A stretch of DNA of 64,000 nt from a virus (taxonomy: Duplodnaviria > Caudoviricetes), in the IMG/VR virus record IMGVR_UViG_2930248008_000005, positions 1-64,000 of that record. One strand, given 5' to 3'. A program made the translations under genes and the position numbers. The notes below the pieces were generated by a model, which worked only from the letters and a program-made list of their open reading frames with translations, did no database searches and had not been told where the DNA came from. Shown here piece after piece: positions 19,108-29,404 of the stretch (position 1 is its first letter; each line of letters starts with the position of its first letter).

Positions 19108-22100
19108 TCAGTTGGGTCGGCCAGGCCTCCCCCTCGCGTCGCGGGCGTTGGCCCACGCGTTGAGCCGAGGGATGTCGAGGTCCTGCTTGGCGAAGTGCCA
19201 GTGGTGGGTTTCGCCGCCGCGCGGGTTGTCCTGCGCGTTGCGCACCAGGGCGCTGATGTCGCTCCACTGGCCGTCGGTGAAGACCGGTTCCGGGCGGCCG
19301 GTGCCGTTGAAGACCGTGCTGACGCCCGGCGGCAGGAAGCCACCGGAGTCGTAGGCCCAGTGGATGTGTGCGTTCGGCTGACCGGCGACACCGTGGTTGG
19401 CCAGCAGTGATGCGCTGTACCGGTGGTGCCTGCCGTTGTGGATGTTGCGGTTCGGGTCGCCGGCCCAGATCAGCTCCCGGGTGCCCCGGAAATAGCGGTC
19501 GTGGATCCAGTTGAAGACATCCCGGCGCGGGGGCAGGTCGACCGCGCGACCCTTGTCGCCGTCGGCGGCCGTCATCGCGTGGTACGACAGGTTCCCCGAC
19601 GGGGTGCGCGAGCCCTGCCGGTAGCCGGAGTACAACGCGAGGCCCGGGAAGACGACCCGCAGCAGCCGCATCATGTCGGCAGACCCGATGCCGCCGCTGC
19701 TGGCCCCGCCCTTGGCGATCTGGGCGAGGACCACACTGCGGACCTCGTCCATGGCGGGGATCCGGGTGGACAGCGCGGTGACGCTGTACGGCCAGGTCAC
19801 CGAACCACCGCGGGCGAACCCCGGGAGCATCTCCTTGGGTACCAGCCGGTGGCGCAGTGCCTCCATGAAGGACTCGCCGTAGTAGTCGACCGAGCTGACC
19901 GGCTGCACGAACTCGCGGTTCGACAGCCATGCCAGGTTCGAGTCCGACGTCGAGGTGCCCTCGCCCCAGACCCGGCCGCCGGCGGAGAAGAACTGCGCCG
20001 AGACGCCGTATCCGTCGCCGCGGGGCTTCAGGCCGGCGTTGCCGCCACCCTGCGGGTAGTCGCCCTTCGCAGCAGCCTTGGCTCGGTTGTACTCGGCCCA
20101 GGCGTCCGAGGGCTCGATGCCGTGCTTCAGGGCGTACTGGGCGACCTGGAGCATCTCCAGCTCCTTGTAGACATCCGTGAAGCCCTTGGTCGTGTAGACC
20201 GTCTTGACCTCGTCGGGAATGTCTCCGTAGGCGTCGATCAGCTCGCGCGCCTTCTTCTCGTCGTAGCCGAGCTTGTCGGCCTCCTTGATCAGGGCCTCGA
20301 TGCGCTTGTTGTGCAGCTCCGTGGCCTCCGCCATCGGCACACCCGCCTCGATGTCGGCGAGATACCGGTCGCGCACCGCGCCAGCCGCCGCCTCCAGGGC
20401 ATCCCTGTTGCGCAGTCCGGAGTCGGACTGGGTGTCCAGGCTGCGGGCCGCCTTGTCGGCCGCAGCCGCGCTCAGCCGGTTCGCGTCGACCTGAGACTGC
20501 AGGCTGCTGCGGTTCTGCTCGATCGTCGAGGTGAGTCCGAGGACGCCCCGTGCGTGGGCCTCCTCCGCCTCGATTGCGCCGATCTTCGCGGCCGTCTGCT
20601 GCTCGATGGCCCGACGCAGCGCGTCGACGCGCTGCGCGGCGGTCGACTCGGCATTCCCGAAGACCTCCACGAGCCCCTTGAGGTAGGAGATCCTCTCCGC
20701 GTTCGCGCCGAGCTTCTCGTTGAGCCGGAACTGCTCCGTCGTCAGCTTCGGCGTCGATTCGGCCAGCCGCAGCTGCGCCTCGTCGAGAGCCTGCTGAGCC
20801 CGGGTCGCCGCGTTCAGCTCCGCGAACTGCCGCTGCAGGGACTCCACGGTCCCGTCGATCGCCTTCGCCTGCTTGTCGTACTCCTCCAGCCGGCGGATGC
20901 GCTCGTTCGGGTCCTTACTGAAGGCCAGCGCCTCCTCTTCGAGGGCCTTCTTCTTCGCCTGCAGCGCGGCGATGACGCGCTGCTGCGCGGCGTGCTCGCC
21001 AGCCGCCGCCCGGGCGATGTCCTCGACCGCGATCCCGTACTCGTTGGCACGGTTGATCAGCTGCTCAAGCTCGTCGGACTGGGCGACGATGTCCTTGACG
21101 CTCTGCGAGGAGACGTCCCGGGTCTCCCGGTACGCCTTGCCCAGCAGCATCAGGGCCTGGGTGAGGTTGTCGACCCGCTGCTTCTGCTCCGCCGCCTTGG
21201 CGGAGAAGTAGCCGGCGGCCAGGATCGCGCCGGTGATCGCGATACCCCACGGTCCACCCAGGAAGCCGACGAGGCTGCCCAGCCCCTGAACAGCCAGGCC
21301 AGCTCCGGCCCGAACGCCCGCGAGGGTCGAGGTCATCGTCCTGGTCACCGCGTCGGACTCGACGATCCGCGTCCGTGTGGCGGCCAGCTGCTGGCCGAGA
21401 GCGGAGAACGCCGTCGTGGTGCGGTCCACCGCGCTCCTCGCGGTGTCCTGCATGCCGATGCTGGACTGCTGCGCCTGGATGGCGTTCTGCCACTCCATGC
21501 GGAACAGCGACACCTGAGAGCCGGCGTTGTAGAACGCCGTCCGGGTGCGGTCCAGCGCGCCGGTCAGCATGTTCTGCGAGGTGGTCGCCGACCGCTGCGT
21601 GTCCGCCGTGACGGACAGCTGGTTGCGGTAGCTGGCCATCTGCGTGCCGGCGGTAGCCATGGCGGTCCGGTTGCGCTCCGTGGCAGCGATGTGCTCGCGC
21701 TGCTCCGCCACCGCCGACTTCCACGAGTCGTTGAGGTGGGCCACCGCGTCACGGAAGCCCGACGCGACGGTGCGCCCCCGGTCGGCCGCCTTGTTCCAGG
21801 TGTTCTGGGTCAGGGCCGACAGCCGCTGCGCGCTGCTGAACAGCAGCATCAGCCCGGCGAACGAGCCGAGCACGAAGACCAGCGCCGTGAGCATCGGCAT
21901 CGGGATGCCGTTGAGCAACTCGATGAAGGAGGTGAACACCGCCAGGACCACGGAGCCGATCGGCGCCGCGGCCTCAACGAAGCGGGCGACGAAGCTGATC
22001 AGCTCGCCGATCAGGTCGACCGCCACCGGCCCGTTCTCCCGCACGTAGGCCAGGAACTCCTGGAAAGACGGGTTGGTCTCCAGGGTCGAAGCCCACTGGG

Positions 22101-24909
22101 CGAAGTCGCGCGCCAGGTTCTCCAGGCCGCCACCGACGTCGCCGTTGAACGGCGTGAAGGCCAGGTAGAGCCCTGCGAGCCCGGTGGCCACGTCGCGACC
22201 GATCCGGTACAGCTGCTGCAGGGTGGGCACCGCGCTGTCGCCGACGAAGCCGAAGAAGTCCCGCCACGTCTCGTCGGTGCTCAGGAACCGCGCCGACTCG
22301 GCGAACAGGTCACCCACGGCGCCGGCGACCGAGCCCATCCACTCGGTGAAGGCGGGCAGGTACGGCAGGGCCGTCTCGATGGCCGTCTGCACCCCGGGCA
22401 GCAGGTTGTCCGCCGCCGCGGCGCGCAGGTCCTTCAGCTCGTCGCGCAGCTCGAAGATGAACCGTGCGAAGTCGCGGGCCCGAGGCGACAGCTTGTCCAG
22501 GGCGTCCTGGACCTTGTTGTACGCCTCGCCGCCGGCGATGCCGGCCTGCATCTGTGCCATCTCGGCCTGGCGGGCCGCCGAAGCGACCGCCTGCTGACCC
22601 TGTGCCACCGCGAACGCGGCCTGCCGGGCCTGGGCCTGCTGTGCGTACCGGCTGTCGGCCAGCCGCCGCTCGGCGTCGGCCACGCGGCGAGCCCCGTCCA
22701 GCTGGGCCCGCTCGATGGCCTCCTGGTTGCGCTGCGCCGAACGCTGCGCATCCTCGCGGATGCGAGCCAGGGTCCGCTGGGCATCGGCCACGCGCTCGTC
22801 GGCGGCGGCGATGCGCTCCTGCGCGGCCACCACCTCGTCGGAGCCCTTGACCCCCTTGCGGTTCGCCTCGGCCTGCTGGTCGGCCAGTTCCTTGCCCTGG
22901 CGCTTCAGGTCCTCGATCTGCAGCAGTCGCCGCTCGTAGGTGATGCGGGCCTGCTCGCGCTCCTCCTCCGTGGCGCGGGGGTTGAGCAGGACCTTGTCCA
23001 GCTCCTCCTTGGCCTTCTTGACCTCAAGGGTCGCTGCGCGCTGGTCCAGCGCGTTCTTCTTGACCGCGGAATCCAGGTCGGCCAGGGCGGAAACGGCGTC
23101 GCGGTAGGCAGCCGTCAACGCCTCGCGGGCCTCGCGGGCGTCGACCTGGGCGCGAGCGAGGGTCCGCTCCGCGTCGGCCTGCCGCTCGGCGTAGGCCCGA
23201 GCCTCGTCCTTGGCGCGCTCCAGCGCGGCCCGCGTCGACTCGGCCGCCTCCCGGCGGGCATCGGCAACGGCGCGCTCCGCGTCGGCGACCGCCTGAGCGG
23301 CTCGCCGGGCGGAGTCGGCGTTGTTGGCGCGGGTGTTGGCCAGCGACCGCTCCGCCGAAGCCAGCGACTCCAGGGCGGACTCCTGCTGGTTGGCCGAGCG
23401 GGCGAACGAGGCCGCGGACTGGTTGGAGGCATCCTCCAGCTGCTGCATCGCGCCGACGGCGTCGCCGATGCCGGAGAATCCGAGCACCATCGCGCCGACG
23501 CCGGCACCGGCCGCGAGCGCGGCCGTGCCGATGAAGCCGATCGCGGCGGCGGCAGACAGAGCCACCGGCACCAGGCCGGTGCCCAGCGACAGGCCACCTG
23601 CAACCAGGGCCTCGATGCGCGACAGCGACACGGTGGCCGCGTCACCGACTCCGCGCAGCTCGTCCTGGCCGGACACCTTCAGGTCGATCGACTTGCCGTC
23701 CAGCCGCTCCGCCATACGCTCGGCCTTGGCCAGCTCGGCGGCGGCAGCGACGGCGTCGACGTGGATCTCCAGCGACGGGTCGGAGTTGGCCAGCTCGACG
23801 AGCGCACCGCGGATCTGCGCGATGTAGCGCAGCGCCTCGGCCGCGTCGATGTCGACGCCGATCTCCAGGTCCTTGAGTCGCTGCAGGTCGTCGCGGATCT
23901 GCTTGACGGCCAGCTCGCCCTGCGACGGGTCGACCGGCAGCTTGAAGTCAGGCAGCGACTTGAACGCCTCTTCGAGCTGCTTGGCGACCCGGCCAGCGAA
24001 GGTCTTGCCGAACGCCTCCTCGGCCTCGCGCCGCAGTCGCTCGGCAACCTTCTTGGCCTCGGCGGCAGCGCGGTCGTCCTTGCGCTTCTGGTCGGCCTTG
24101 TCGCGCTCCTCCTGCCGCTTGCGGTTGCGTTCCTCCTGGTCGGCCAGCCGCTTCTGGCGGGCGGCCTCCAGGTCGGCAAGGCGCTGCTCGCGGGCGGCAG
24201 CCAGGTCAGCGAGGCGCTGCTCGCGGGCAGCGGCCTGGTCGGCGAGGCGCCGCTGACGCGCCTGCTCCTGGTCGTCGAGACGCTGCAGGCGGGCCCGCTC
24301 GCGCTCGTCCTGGGCGGCCTGCAGCTTGCGCAGCTGCTCGGCAGCGGCCTGCTCGGCGCGCTCGATGGAGGTGACGGTGGCGTCGAAGACCTTGTCGATC
24401 GACTGCAGGGCGATGTCGGCGTTGTGCCGCATCTGCGTCGACGGGGAGGTCCTGGCAACCTTCTCCAGCGAACCGCGCAGGCGCTCCAGGTGCGCCATCG
24501 ACTGCTCGCTGCCGACCTCGCCCACAGGCAGGCCGGCCAGGCGCAGCATCTCCCGACGCAGGGCCTCGATGCGCTTCTCGGCGACGCTGGTGTCAGCGTC
24601 GATCTTGATGGTGGGCAGGGAAGCGGCACCGCGGGTCAGCTCGGACTGCCACCTGCGCCGGAAAGCTCCCAGCTGGTCGTCCATGCCCTTGGCGATGGCC
24701 TTGCCGGTGGCCTGCCCCGCCTCGCGGGCCGCGGCCTCCGTGCGCGTGGCGGCCTCGCGGACGCTCTTGGCCAGAGCCTCCGGAAGCGCCTTCTCGGTGG
24801 CCTCGCCCAGCCCCTGCGCGATCTGCCGCGCGCCCTCCTTCAGTTGGGCGTCGATCCGGTCGAAGCTCGGGACGATCTGAATGAACGCCGTACCGATGTC
24901 GTAGGCCAC
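19108..24909 (-). CDS. Tape measure protein
   Basis: 1933 aa, Ala-rich helical, GTAFIQIVP N-terminus, TM segments, follows tail chaperones. Confidence 0.93.
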   Translation of the reverse strand: MAYDIGTAFIQIVPSFDRIDAQLKEGARQIAQGLGEATEKALPEALAKSVREAATRTEAAAREAGQATGKAIAKGMDDQLGAFRRRWQSELTRGAASLPTIKIDADTSVAEKRIEALRREMLRLAGLPVGEVGSEQSMAHLERLRGSLEKVARTSPSTQMRHNADIALQSIDKVFDATVTSIERAEQAAAEQLRKLQAAQDERERARLQRLDDQEQARQRRLADQAAAREQRLADLAAAREQRLADLEAARQKRLADQEERNRKRQEERDKADQKRKDDRAAAEAKKVAERLRREAEEAFGKTFAGRVAKQLEEAFKSLPDFKLPVDPSQGELAVKQIRDDLQRLKDLEIGVDIDAAEALRYIAQIRGALVELANSDPSLEIHVDAVAAAAELAKAERMAERLDGKSIDLKVSGQDELRGVGDAATVSLSRIEALVAGGLSLGTGLVPVALSAAAAIGFIGTAALAAGAGVGAMVLGFSGIGDAVGAMQQLEDASNQSAASFARSANQQESALESLASAERSLANTRANNADSARRAAQAVADAERAVADARREAAESTRAALERAKDEARAYAERQADAERTLARAQVDAREAREALTAAYRDAVSALADLDSAVKKNALDQRAATLEVKKAKEELDKVLLNPRATEEEREQARITYERRLLQIEDLKRQGKELADQQAEANRKGVKGSDEVVAAQERIAAADERVADAQRTLARIREDAQRSAQRNQEAIERAQLDGARRVADAERRLADSRYAQQAQARQAAFAVAQGQQAVASAARQAEMAQMQAGIAGGEAYNKVQDALDKLSPRARDFARFIFELRDELKDLRAAAADNLLPGVQTAIETALPYLPAFTEWMGSVAGAVGDLFAESARFLSTDETWRDFFGFVGDSAVPTLQQLYRIGRDVATGLAGLYLAFTPFNGDVGGGLENLARDFAQWASTLETNPSFQEFLAYVRENGPVAVDLIGELISFVARFVEAAAPIGSVVLAVFTSFIELLNGIPMPMLTALVFVLGSFAGLMLLFSSAQRLSALTQNTWNKAADRGRTVASGFRDAVAHLNDSWKSAVAEQREHIAATERNRTAMATAGTQMASYRNQLSVTADTQRSATTSQNMLTGALDRTRTAFYNAGSQVSLFRMEWQNAIQAQQSSIGMQDTARSAVDRTTTAFSALGQQLAATRTRIVESDAVTRTMTSTLAGVRAGAGLAVQGLGSLVGFLGGPWGIAITGAILAAGYFSAKAAEQKQRVDNLTQALMLLGKAYRETRDVSSQSVKDIVAQSDELEQLINRANEYGIAVEDIARAAAGEHAAQQRVIAALQAKKKALEEEALAFSKDPNERIRRLEEYDKQAKAIDGTVESLQRQFAELNAATRAQQALDEAQLRLAESTPKLTTEQFRLNEKLGANAERISYLKGLVEVFGNAESTAAQRVDALRRAIEQQTAAKIGAIEAEEAHARGVLGLTSTIEQNRSSLQSQVDANRLSAAAADKAARSLDTQSDSGLRNRDALEAAAGAVRDRYLADIEAGVPMAEATELHNKRIEALIKEADKLGYDEKKARELIDAYGDIPDEVKTVYTTKGFTDVYKELEMLQVAQYALKHGIEPSDAWAEYNRAKAAAKGDYPQGGGNAGLKPRGDGYGVSAQFFSAGGRVWGEGTSTSDSNLAWLSNREFVQPVSSVDYYGESFMEALRHRLVPKEMLPGFARGGSVTWPYSVTALSTRIPAMDEVRSVVLAQIAKGGASSGGIGSADMMRLLRVVFPGLALYSGYRQGSRTPSGNLSYHAMTAADGDKGRAVDLPPRRDVFNWIHDRYFRGTRELIWAGDPNRNIHNGRHHRYSASLLANHGVAGQPNAHIHWAYDSGGFLPPGVSTVFNGTGRPEPVFTDGQWSDISALVRNAQDNPRGGETHHWHFAKQDLDIPRLNAWANARDARGRPGRPN

Positions 24910-24948
24910 CGGACCTCGCTTTCAGGTCAGACGGCCGGCGGGGCGGGC

Positions 24949-25431
24949 TCAGGCGTTCGAGCCCGCCCCCTCAGCGGCCTTGTGCGGCAGCAGTCGCGCG
25001 GTCAGGGAGTTGTGCTGCCTCCAGCGGCGGCGGTTGCGCTCGCGGTCCAGCGCGGTCCTTGGCCGCGGCATGCGCCTCGCCGGTCCGGGCTTGACGCCCT
25101 TGAGCGACGCCATCGCGCGGATCGCCTCGGAGAGCAGATCGCACAGGTCGGTGAGCCGCTCCACTTCCGGCGACCAGTCCGACATGCGGGCGCGCGGCGG
25201 CGCATCGGCCGGCGAGTGGGCCATGACCTGCTTCGCCCACTCCGGGTCGGCGGTCATCGCCTCGATGAAGTAGCTGTTGCGCGGGAGGTGGTCGATCCAG
25301 TTGAGCAGTCGACGCCACCGGCGGGCCCGCCACTCCGTGCCGAGGTCATGGCCCGGGTAGTGGTGCGGAAGGTCGGCCTCGATGGCTCGCCCGTACCTGC
25401 GGATCAGGAGGGCGAGCCGGCGGCTTCCCCC
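24949..25431 (-). CDS. Tail assembly chaperone, frameshifted C-terminal part (gpT-like)
   Basis: Open -1 frame (GSRRLALLIRRYGRAIEADL...) overlapping the end of 25404..25760 at GGGGGAA. Confidence 0.75.
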   Translation of the reverse strand, partial: GGSRRLALLIRRYGRAIEADLPHHYPGHDLGTEWRARRWRRLLNWIDHLPRNSYFIEAMTADPEWAKQVMAHSPADAPPRARMSDWSPEVERLTDLCDLLSEAIRAMASLKGVKPGPARRMPRPRTALDRERNRRRWRQHNSLTARLLPHKAAEGAGSNA

Positions 25432-25760
25432 GGGCTCGGCAGCCCGTAGTGCTCGCTGTACGCCTTGACGAGGCGGTTCATCTTCCAGCTCGGCATGTCG
25501 AGGCTGAAGAACTCCTCGCGGTCGTCGGCGGGGAGGGCCAGCGTCATGAAGAACACCGGGTCGCGGAGGGCGACGAGCAGCTTCTGCCAGTCGATTTCCT
25601 GCGGGTCGCTCATCATGAACCGCTTGCCGCCGTGGCGGAACGTGAACGGATCCTTGGCGCCCTCGCGCTCCAGGGTGTCGAGGTCCAGGGCGACGTCGGT
25701 GCGCGGCCCGTCCGGGCGCTCCTCCGGCAGGCGGTCGGGGCTGCGGTCGTCGGTGGTCAT
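25404..25760 (-). CDS. Tail assembly chaperone (gpG-like)
   Basis: Between major tail and tape measure genes; slippery site near its 3' end. Confidence 0.8.
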   Translation of the reverse strand: MTTDDRSPDRLPEERPDGPRTDVALDLDTLEREGAKDPFTFRHGGKRFMMSDPQEIDWQKLLVALRDPVFFMTLALPADDREEFFSLDMPSWKMNRLVKAYSEHYGLPSPGEAAGSPS

Positions 25761-25790
25761 GGAGATGTGGGCTCCTTCTGCTGAGGTGGG

Positions 25791-25988
25791 TTACTTGCTG
25801 GCGTCGGTGTCGGCCTTGGCGGCGCTGGTGCCGCCGGAGGTCCGGGTCGCGCTGCTGCTGGGCGGCTGGCGGGGCGTGACCTTCTCGGTCCAGCCGTCGA
25901 AGCGCAGGGCGACGACGTCGGAGGGCGAGTACGCGACCCGCTCCTTGCCGTCCTTGACGAAGGTCTTGAACTGCTCCTTGGCGGCCAT
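25791..25988 (-). CDS. Small hypothetical protein
   Basis: GAGGAG RBS; 65 aa. Confidence 0.6.
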   Translation of the reverse strand: MAAKEQFKTFVKDGKERVAYSPSDVVALRFDGWTEKVTPRQPPSSSATRTSGGTSAAKADTDASK

Positions 25989-26080
25989 CGCCGTCTCCTC
26001 GCGGGGGTCGTGGCGTGGGCTGGGGTGATGGCCGGGACGGCCCGAGCCCACAGCGGGCCGCCCCGACGGTCGTGGGCACG

Positions 26081-26112
26081 AAAAAGGGGCGACGCAGTGA
26101 TGCGTCGCCCCT
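26081..26112 (-). terminator. Intrinsic terminator after the major tail gene
   Basis: AGGGGCGACGCA/TGCGTCGCCCCT hairpin plus U-tract on the minus strand. Confidence 0.8.
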
Positions 26113-26125
26113 GTGTTCGTGCTGG

Positions 26126-26791
26126 TCAGGCGGTGGCCTGATCGATGCCCATCTTGTCCAGAAGGGCGAGCCAGCCGGGCCCTCCGAAGATCCACCGGTG
26201 GCTGTATCCAGCCGTCGAGTCATCGAAACCGGTAAATGTCATCGGGTAGCCGATCGGCTCGTCTCCCTCGCCGTACGCCTGCTCGCCGTACTCGGTAATG
26301 CGCGCGTTCGGCATGTATCGAGCGATGTAGATTTCTCCGTCGCTCGACTGGTCCACGAACAGGCCCAGCGCGTGGTAGTACCGCGGGTTGGGCAGGTTCG
26401 GCTTCTCGATCGAGACCTCGCCGGTGACGGCCTTGGCCAACACTCCGGACGTGTCGACGCCCGTGTAAAGGCCGACCGTCAGCAACTTGGTCTCATAGGC
26501 GACCACCTGCATGGTGATCGTGTCCCGGGTGATGTCCTCCCGGATCGGCTCGGTCGAGCCGAAGGCCTGCACCTGGGACGACTCGGTGGTGCGGCCGTAG
26601 CTCGCGCCGGCCGTCGACATCCAGCCGAGGTCCTCGTAGCCGGTCGGCAGCGTCGCCAGGTCCGCGGTCGCGCCGGTGGTGAGTTCGCCGAGGACGGCGG
26701 TGACGGTGGCCTTGTCTGCGATGAAGACGCTGCCGTCCTTGGCCTTCCTCACCAGCTCCTGCTTCTTGTCCCGCAGAGCGGAGTAGGGCAC
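26126..26791 (-). CDS. Major tail (tube) protein
   Basis: LPTGYEDLGW...G, AFGSTEP.REDIT motifs; position. Confidence 0.85.
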   Translation of the reverse strand: MPYSALRDKKQELVRKAKDGSVFIADKATVTAVLGELTTGATADLATLPTGYEDLGWMSTAGASYGRTTESSQVQAFGSTEPIREDITRDTITMQVVAYETKLLTVGLYTGVDTSGVLAKAVTGEVSIEKPNLPNPRYYHALGLFVDQSSDGEIYIARYMPNARITEYGEQAYGEGDEPIGYPMTFTGFDDSTAGYSHRWIFGGPGWLALLDKMGIDQATA

Positions 26792-26855
26792 AGTGCCCCC
26801 TTTCGGGTCGAGGCATGAAAAAAGCCCCGACATGCGGGGCGAATGGGGTGTGGGC

Positions 26856-27248
26856 TCAGCTCGGGGCGTAGCGCCGCGAGACAACTCGGTAGGTGGCACC
26901 GAAGCGGCGCACACCAGGACCCCAGGGCCGTTCGACAGGCCCGTTGGGGCAGGTGATGCGATCGATCACCGCGCGGCCGACCGTGATCGGCGTGCCGGTC
27001 AGCAGCTCCCGGACTGCCTCGGCCAGAGGTTCGGCGACGTCGTAGCGGCTGGCGAAGACATCGACCTCGACGCTCGCGTAGTCACTGAACCGGTCGCTCG
27101 GGCCGCCCCGGCGCCGGACCCGGATGTACGGCAGTCGGTCCTGCAGGTCGTCGGGCGTCTCGCTGCCGGTGTGCTCGGGCCCACCCACCAACGCGGCCAG
27201 GGCCGCTGCGAGCACCTTCTGGACGTCCGGGAAGCGCGGGGCGGTCAT
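26856..27248 (-). CDS. Tail terminator protein
   Basis: FPDV..., LPYIRV.R.GG, VEVDVFA motifs; position. Confidence 0.8.
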   Translation of the reverse strand: MTAPRFPDVQKVLAAALAALVGGPEHTGSETPDDLQDRLPYIRVRRRGGPSDRFSDYASVEVDVFASRYDVAEPLAEAVRELLTGTPITVGRAVIDRITCPNGPVERPWGPGVRRFGATYRVVSRRYAPS

Positions 27249-27694
27249 TCGTCCGTCCAGTCGTGGACGGACATCGACCCCTCGTCACCGTCGTCGTAGT
27301 CGAACTCCGACGCGTCGATTCGGCCGTCGAGGCTCCAGAGGAAGTCCAGCGTCCGGCCGAGCACCTCCTGGCCCTCGGCGCGGGTGAACAGGCCCTGGTA
27401 GCCGAACTCGATGGCGCCCGCGTGCGGCGCGGAGTTCCACAGTCGGGAGCCGGCGCGGCTCATCGGCCACTCCGGCGTGATGCCATGGACCGTGAGCACG
27501 TCCAGCTCAAAGGAGTCGCGGTAGTGGATGCCGTCGTCGTCATCGGCACCGCTGTAGATCTCGGAGGCGAGGCCCTCGGCGTACGCCTTGGCCATCTCGC
27601 CGTGCTGGCGCACCATCTGCCGGCACTCGGAGCCGACGGCGATGCGCTCGACCTCCGAGCGGTTGAGGTTGAACCTGAGCAGGAACGCGGGCAC
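27245..27694 (-). CDS. Neck/tail completion protein (HK97 gp10-like)
   Basis: APHAGAIEFG motif; position. Confidence 0.7.
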   Translation of the reverse strand: MPAFLLRFNLNRSEVERIAVGSECRQMVRQHGEMAKAYAEGLASEIYSGADDDDGIHYRDSFELDVLTVHGITPEWPMSRAGSRLWNSAPHAGAIEFGYQGLFTRAEGQEVLGRTLDFLWSLDGRIDASEFDYDDGDEGSMSVHDWTDE

Positions 27695-27706
27695 CGCGTC
27701 ACCCCC

Positions 27707-28018
27707 TCAGCCGGTGACCTCGCGCAGGACGACCACGACGCCGGCGCGCCCCCAGTCCTGGGGCCGGCCGACCACCTCGTAGATCACCCCGCGCACCTTG
27801 ACCTTGTCGTCGGGGCGGACATCGGCACCGGCCGGCGCGTACACGGTGCCGTCGGTGCGCACCTGGTTGGCGCCGTCGACGATCTCGGCGCTCGGGCCCG
27901 GAGCGAACAGGCAACCCGGGATGAGGAAGTCGTCCGGCGGACCCGGTAGCGGGTCGCCGAAGGTGTCTTTCGCCGGCGGCCGGATCACCTCGACGGTGAT
28001 CTGGTCACCGGAGGCCAT
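27707..28018 (-). CDS. Head-to-tail stopper
   Basis: DV.PDD.V.VRG..YEVVG.P..W motif. Confidence 0.8.
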   Translation of the reverse strand: MASGDQITVEVIRPPAKDTFGDPLPGPPDDFLIPGCLFAPGPSAEIVDGANQVRTDGTVYAPAGADVRPDDKVKVRGVIYEVVGRPQDWGRAGVVVVLREVTG

Positions 28019-28712
28019 GCCACGTCCTCAGGCGGTACTCGATGGAGTCGCCCCAGACGTTGTCCGCCAGGCCCGCCCTGGCGATGACGCTGCCGACCGG
28101 CAGCGCCGTCTCGTCTGCGGGCACGCCGCTGGTCATCAGCGCCAGCTCGCCGTCGCTGACCACGAGCAGACCGGCTGCCACGGTGGTGTCGTAGGTGCGG
28201 CTGAACGGGCCGGTCGTCTCGGCGCGCAGGCCGTCGGGGTTGCGCAGTACGCGCAGCACCATGTTGATCACGGCCATGGCCGGGGCTTCGGCGCTGAGCA
28301 TCCCGCTGGCCACGCGAGCGGCCAGGTCAGGGAAGTGCGCCCGCACCATCTCCGAGGCGCGCCGCAGAAGGGCGGCCGTCAGAGATTCCTGCGCCGGAGT
28401 CATGGTGCCGAACAGCTCCGCGACCTCGCCGACGGTGGCCAGCGGAGGCGGCCCATCGAGCGCCCGAGCGCGCACGAAGTACCGCTCGACGGCGGTCGTC
28501 GTGCCGGTCGCACGGAACCGCGCCTCCCACACGCCGGGCACGGTCGGCGCGTACGCGGCCAGGTACTGGCCGGATCCCGCCGGCGTCTCGACCGTCGGAG
28601 CGTCCAAGACCGCGGGCACGCCCTCCGGATCCAGCCAGGTGACGGTCACCGTCGCGCCGGCTGCGGTAGAGAAGGTCACCTCGACGACATCGCCGACATC
28701 GACGACGCTCAT
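28005..28712 (-). CDS. Head-to-tail adaptor with extra N-terminal beta domain
   Basis: MVLRVLRNPDG.R.ET.GPFS motif. Confidence 0.8.
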   Translation of the reverse strand: MSVVDVGDVVEVTFSTAAGATVTVTWLDPEGVPAVLDAPTVETPAGSGQYLAAYAPTVPGVWEARFRATGTTTAVERYFVRARALDGPPPLATVGEVAELFGTMTPAQESLTAALLRRASEMVRAHFPDLAARVASGMLSAEAPAMAVINMVLRVLRNPDGLRAETTGPFSRTYDTTVAAGLLVVSDGELALMTSGVPADETALPVGSVIARAGLADNVWGDSIEYRLRTWHGLR

Positions 28713-28781
28713 CCAGCCTCCCCTCGGACGGTAGGCGCCCGAGGGTCAGGGGTGACCTGACCCCCGGGCGGGCTCGTCGAC

Positions 28782-29390
28782 CTACTTACCGTCCTCGGCG
28801 ATCACGCCGGCGCGCACGCACGCGGCGATGATGTCGTTGCGGCTGGCGTCGGCATCGACCTGGACGCCGTTGGCGGCAGCGAAGGCTGCCCACGCGTCGG
28901 CGCCGGAGCCCGCGCCCGCACGCGGCGGGGCCTGGATCCGGGCCGAGTCGCCGTCCGCGGTCGCAGTGCCCTCGGCGTCAGGCTCGGCGGCCTGCTCCGT
29001 GGCTCCGGCGTCGCCGCCGGAGGCCTGAGCAGAGGCGGTGGTCGGCTGTGCCGGCTCGGGGCCGCGCAGCGGGCTGCTGGCCTCGACGCCGGCGGGCAGC
29101 TCGCCGCCCTCCCACGCCTTCGGGTTGCGGATCCGTGCGGCCACGTCGGCCGGGATCCGGTCGTTCGGGCCGTAGGCCTGGCCGTCGACGTAGACGGTGG
29201 AGGCCAGGCGGACGCCGGACGAGGTGCCGGCGCGCTTGGCCTTCGCCTCGGTGGGCTCCTCCACGTCGTCGGAGGCCCACGCCTTCGGGTTCTTGATCAG
29301 CTCGGCCACCTCGGCCGGGACGTCGTCGGCCGGGCCCCAGGCCCGACCGGCGACGTACACGGTGGTGGCGAGCCTCTTCGGCTTCGCCAT
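28782..29390 (-). CDS. Virion-associated protein with duplicated LATTVYV..YGP.D..P...I.NPKAW module
   Basis: Internal duplication; C-terminal PPRAG.GS..DAW..FA domain; follows capsid gene. Confidence 0.7.
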   Translation of the reverse strand: MAKPKRLATTVYVAGRAWGPADDVPAEVAELIKNPKAWASDDVEEPTEAKAKRAGTSSGVRLASTVYVDGQAYGPNDRIPADVAARIRNPKAWEGGELPAGVEASSPLRGPEPAQPTTASAQASGGDAGATEQAAEPDAEGTATADGDSARIQAPPRAGAGSGADAWAAFAAANGVQVDADASRNDIIAACVRAGVIAEDGK

Positions 29391-29404
29391 CAGCTCTCCC
29401 CCGA

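Noticed and set aside
24130-24290. 33-bp (11-aa) repeats in the tape measure gene
   Set aside because: Ordinary helical periodicity of tape measure proteins
19423-25449. 2008-aa + strand ORF and other long antisense ORFs (e.g. 15354..17072, 33281..34987, 57885..59681)
   Set aside because: Shadow frames of real genes caused by high-GC codon bias; no motifs or RBS
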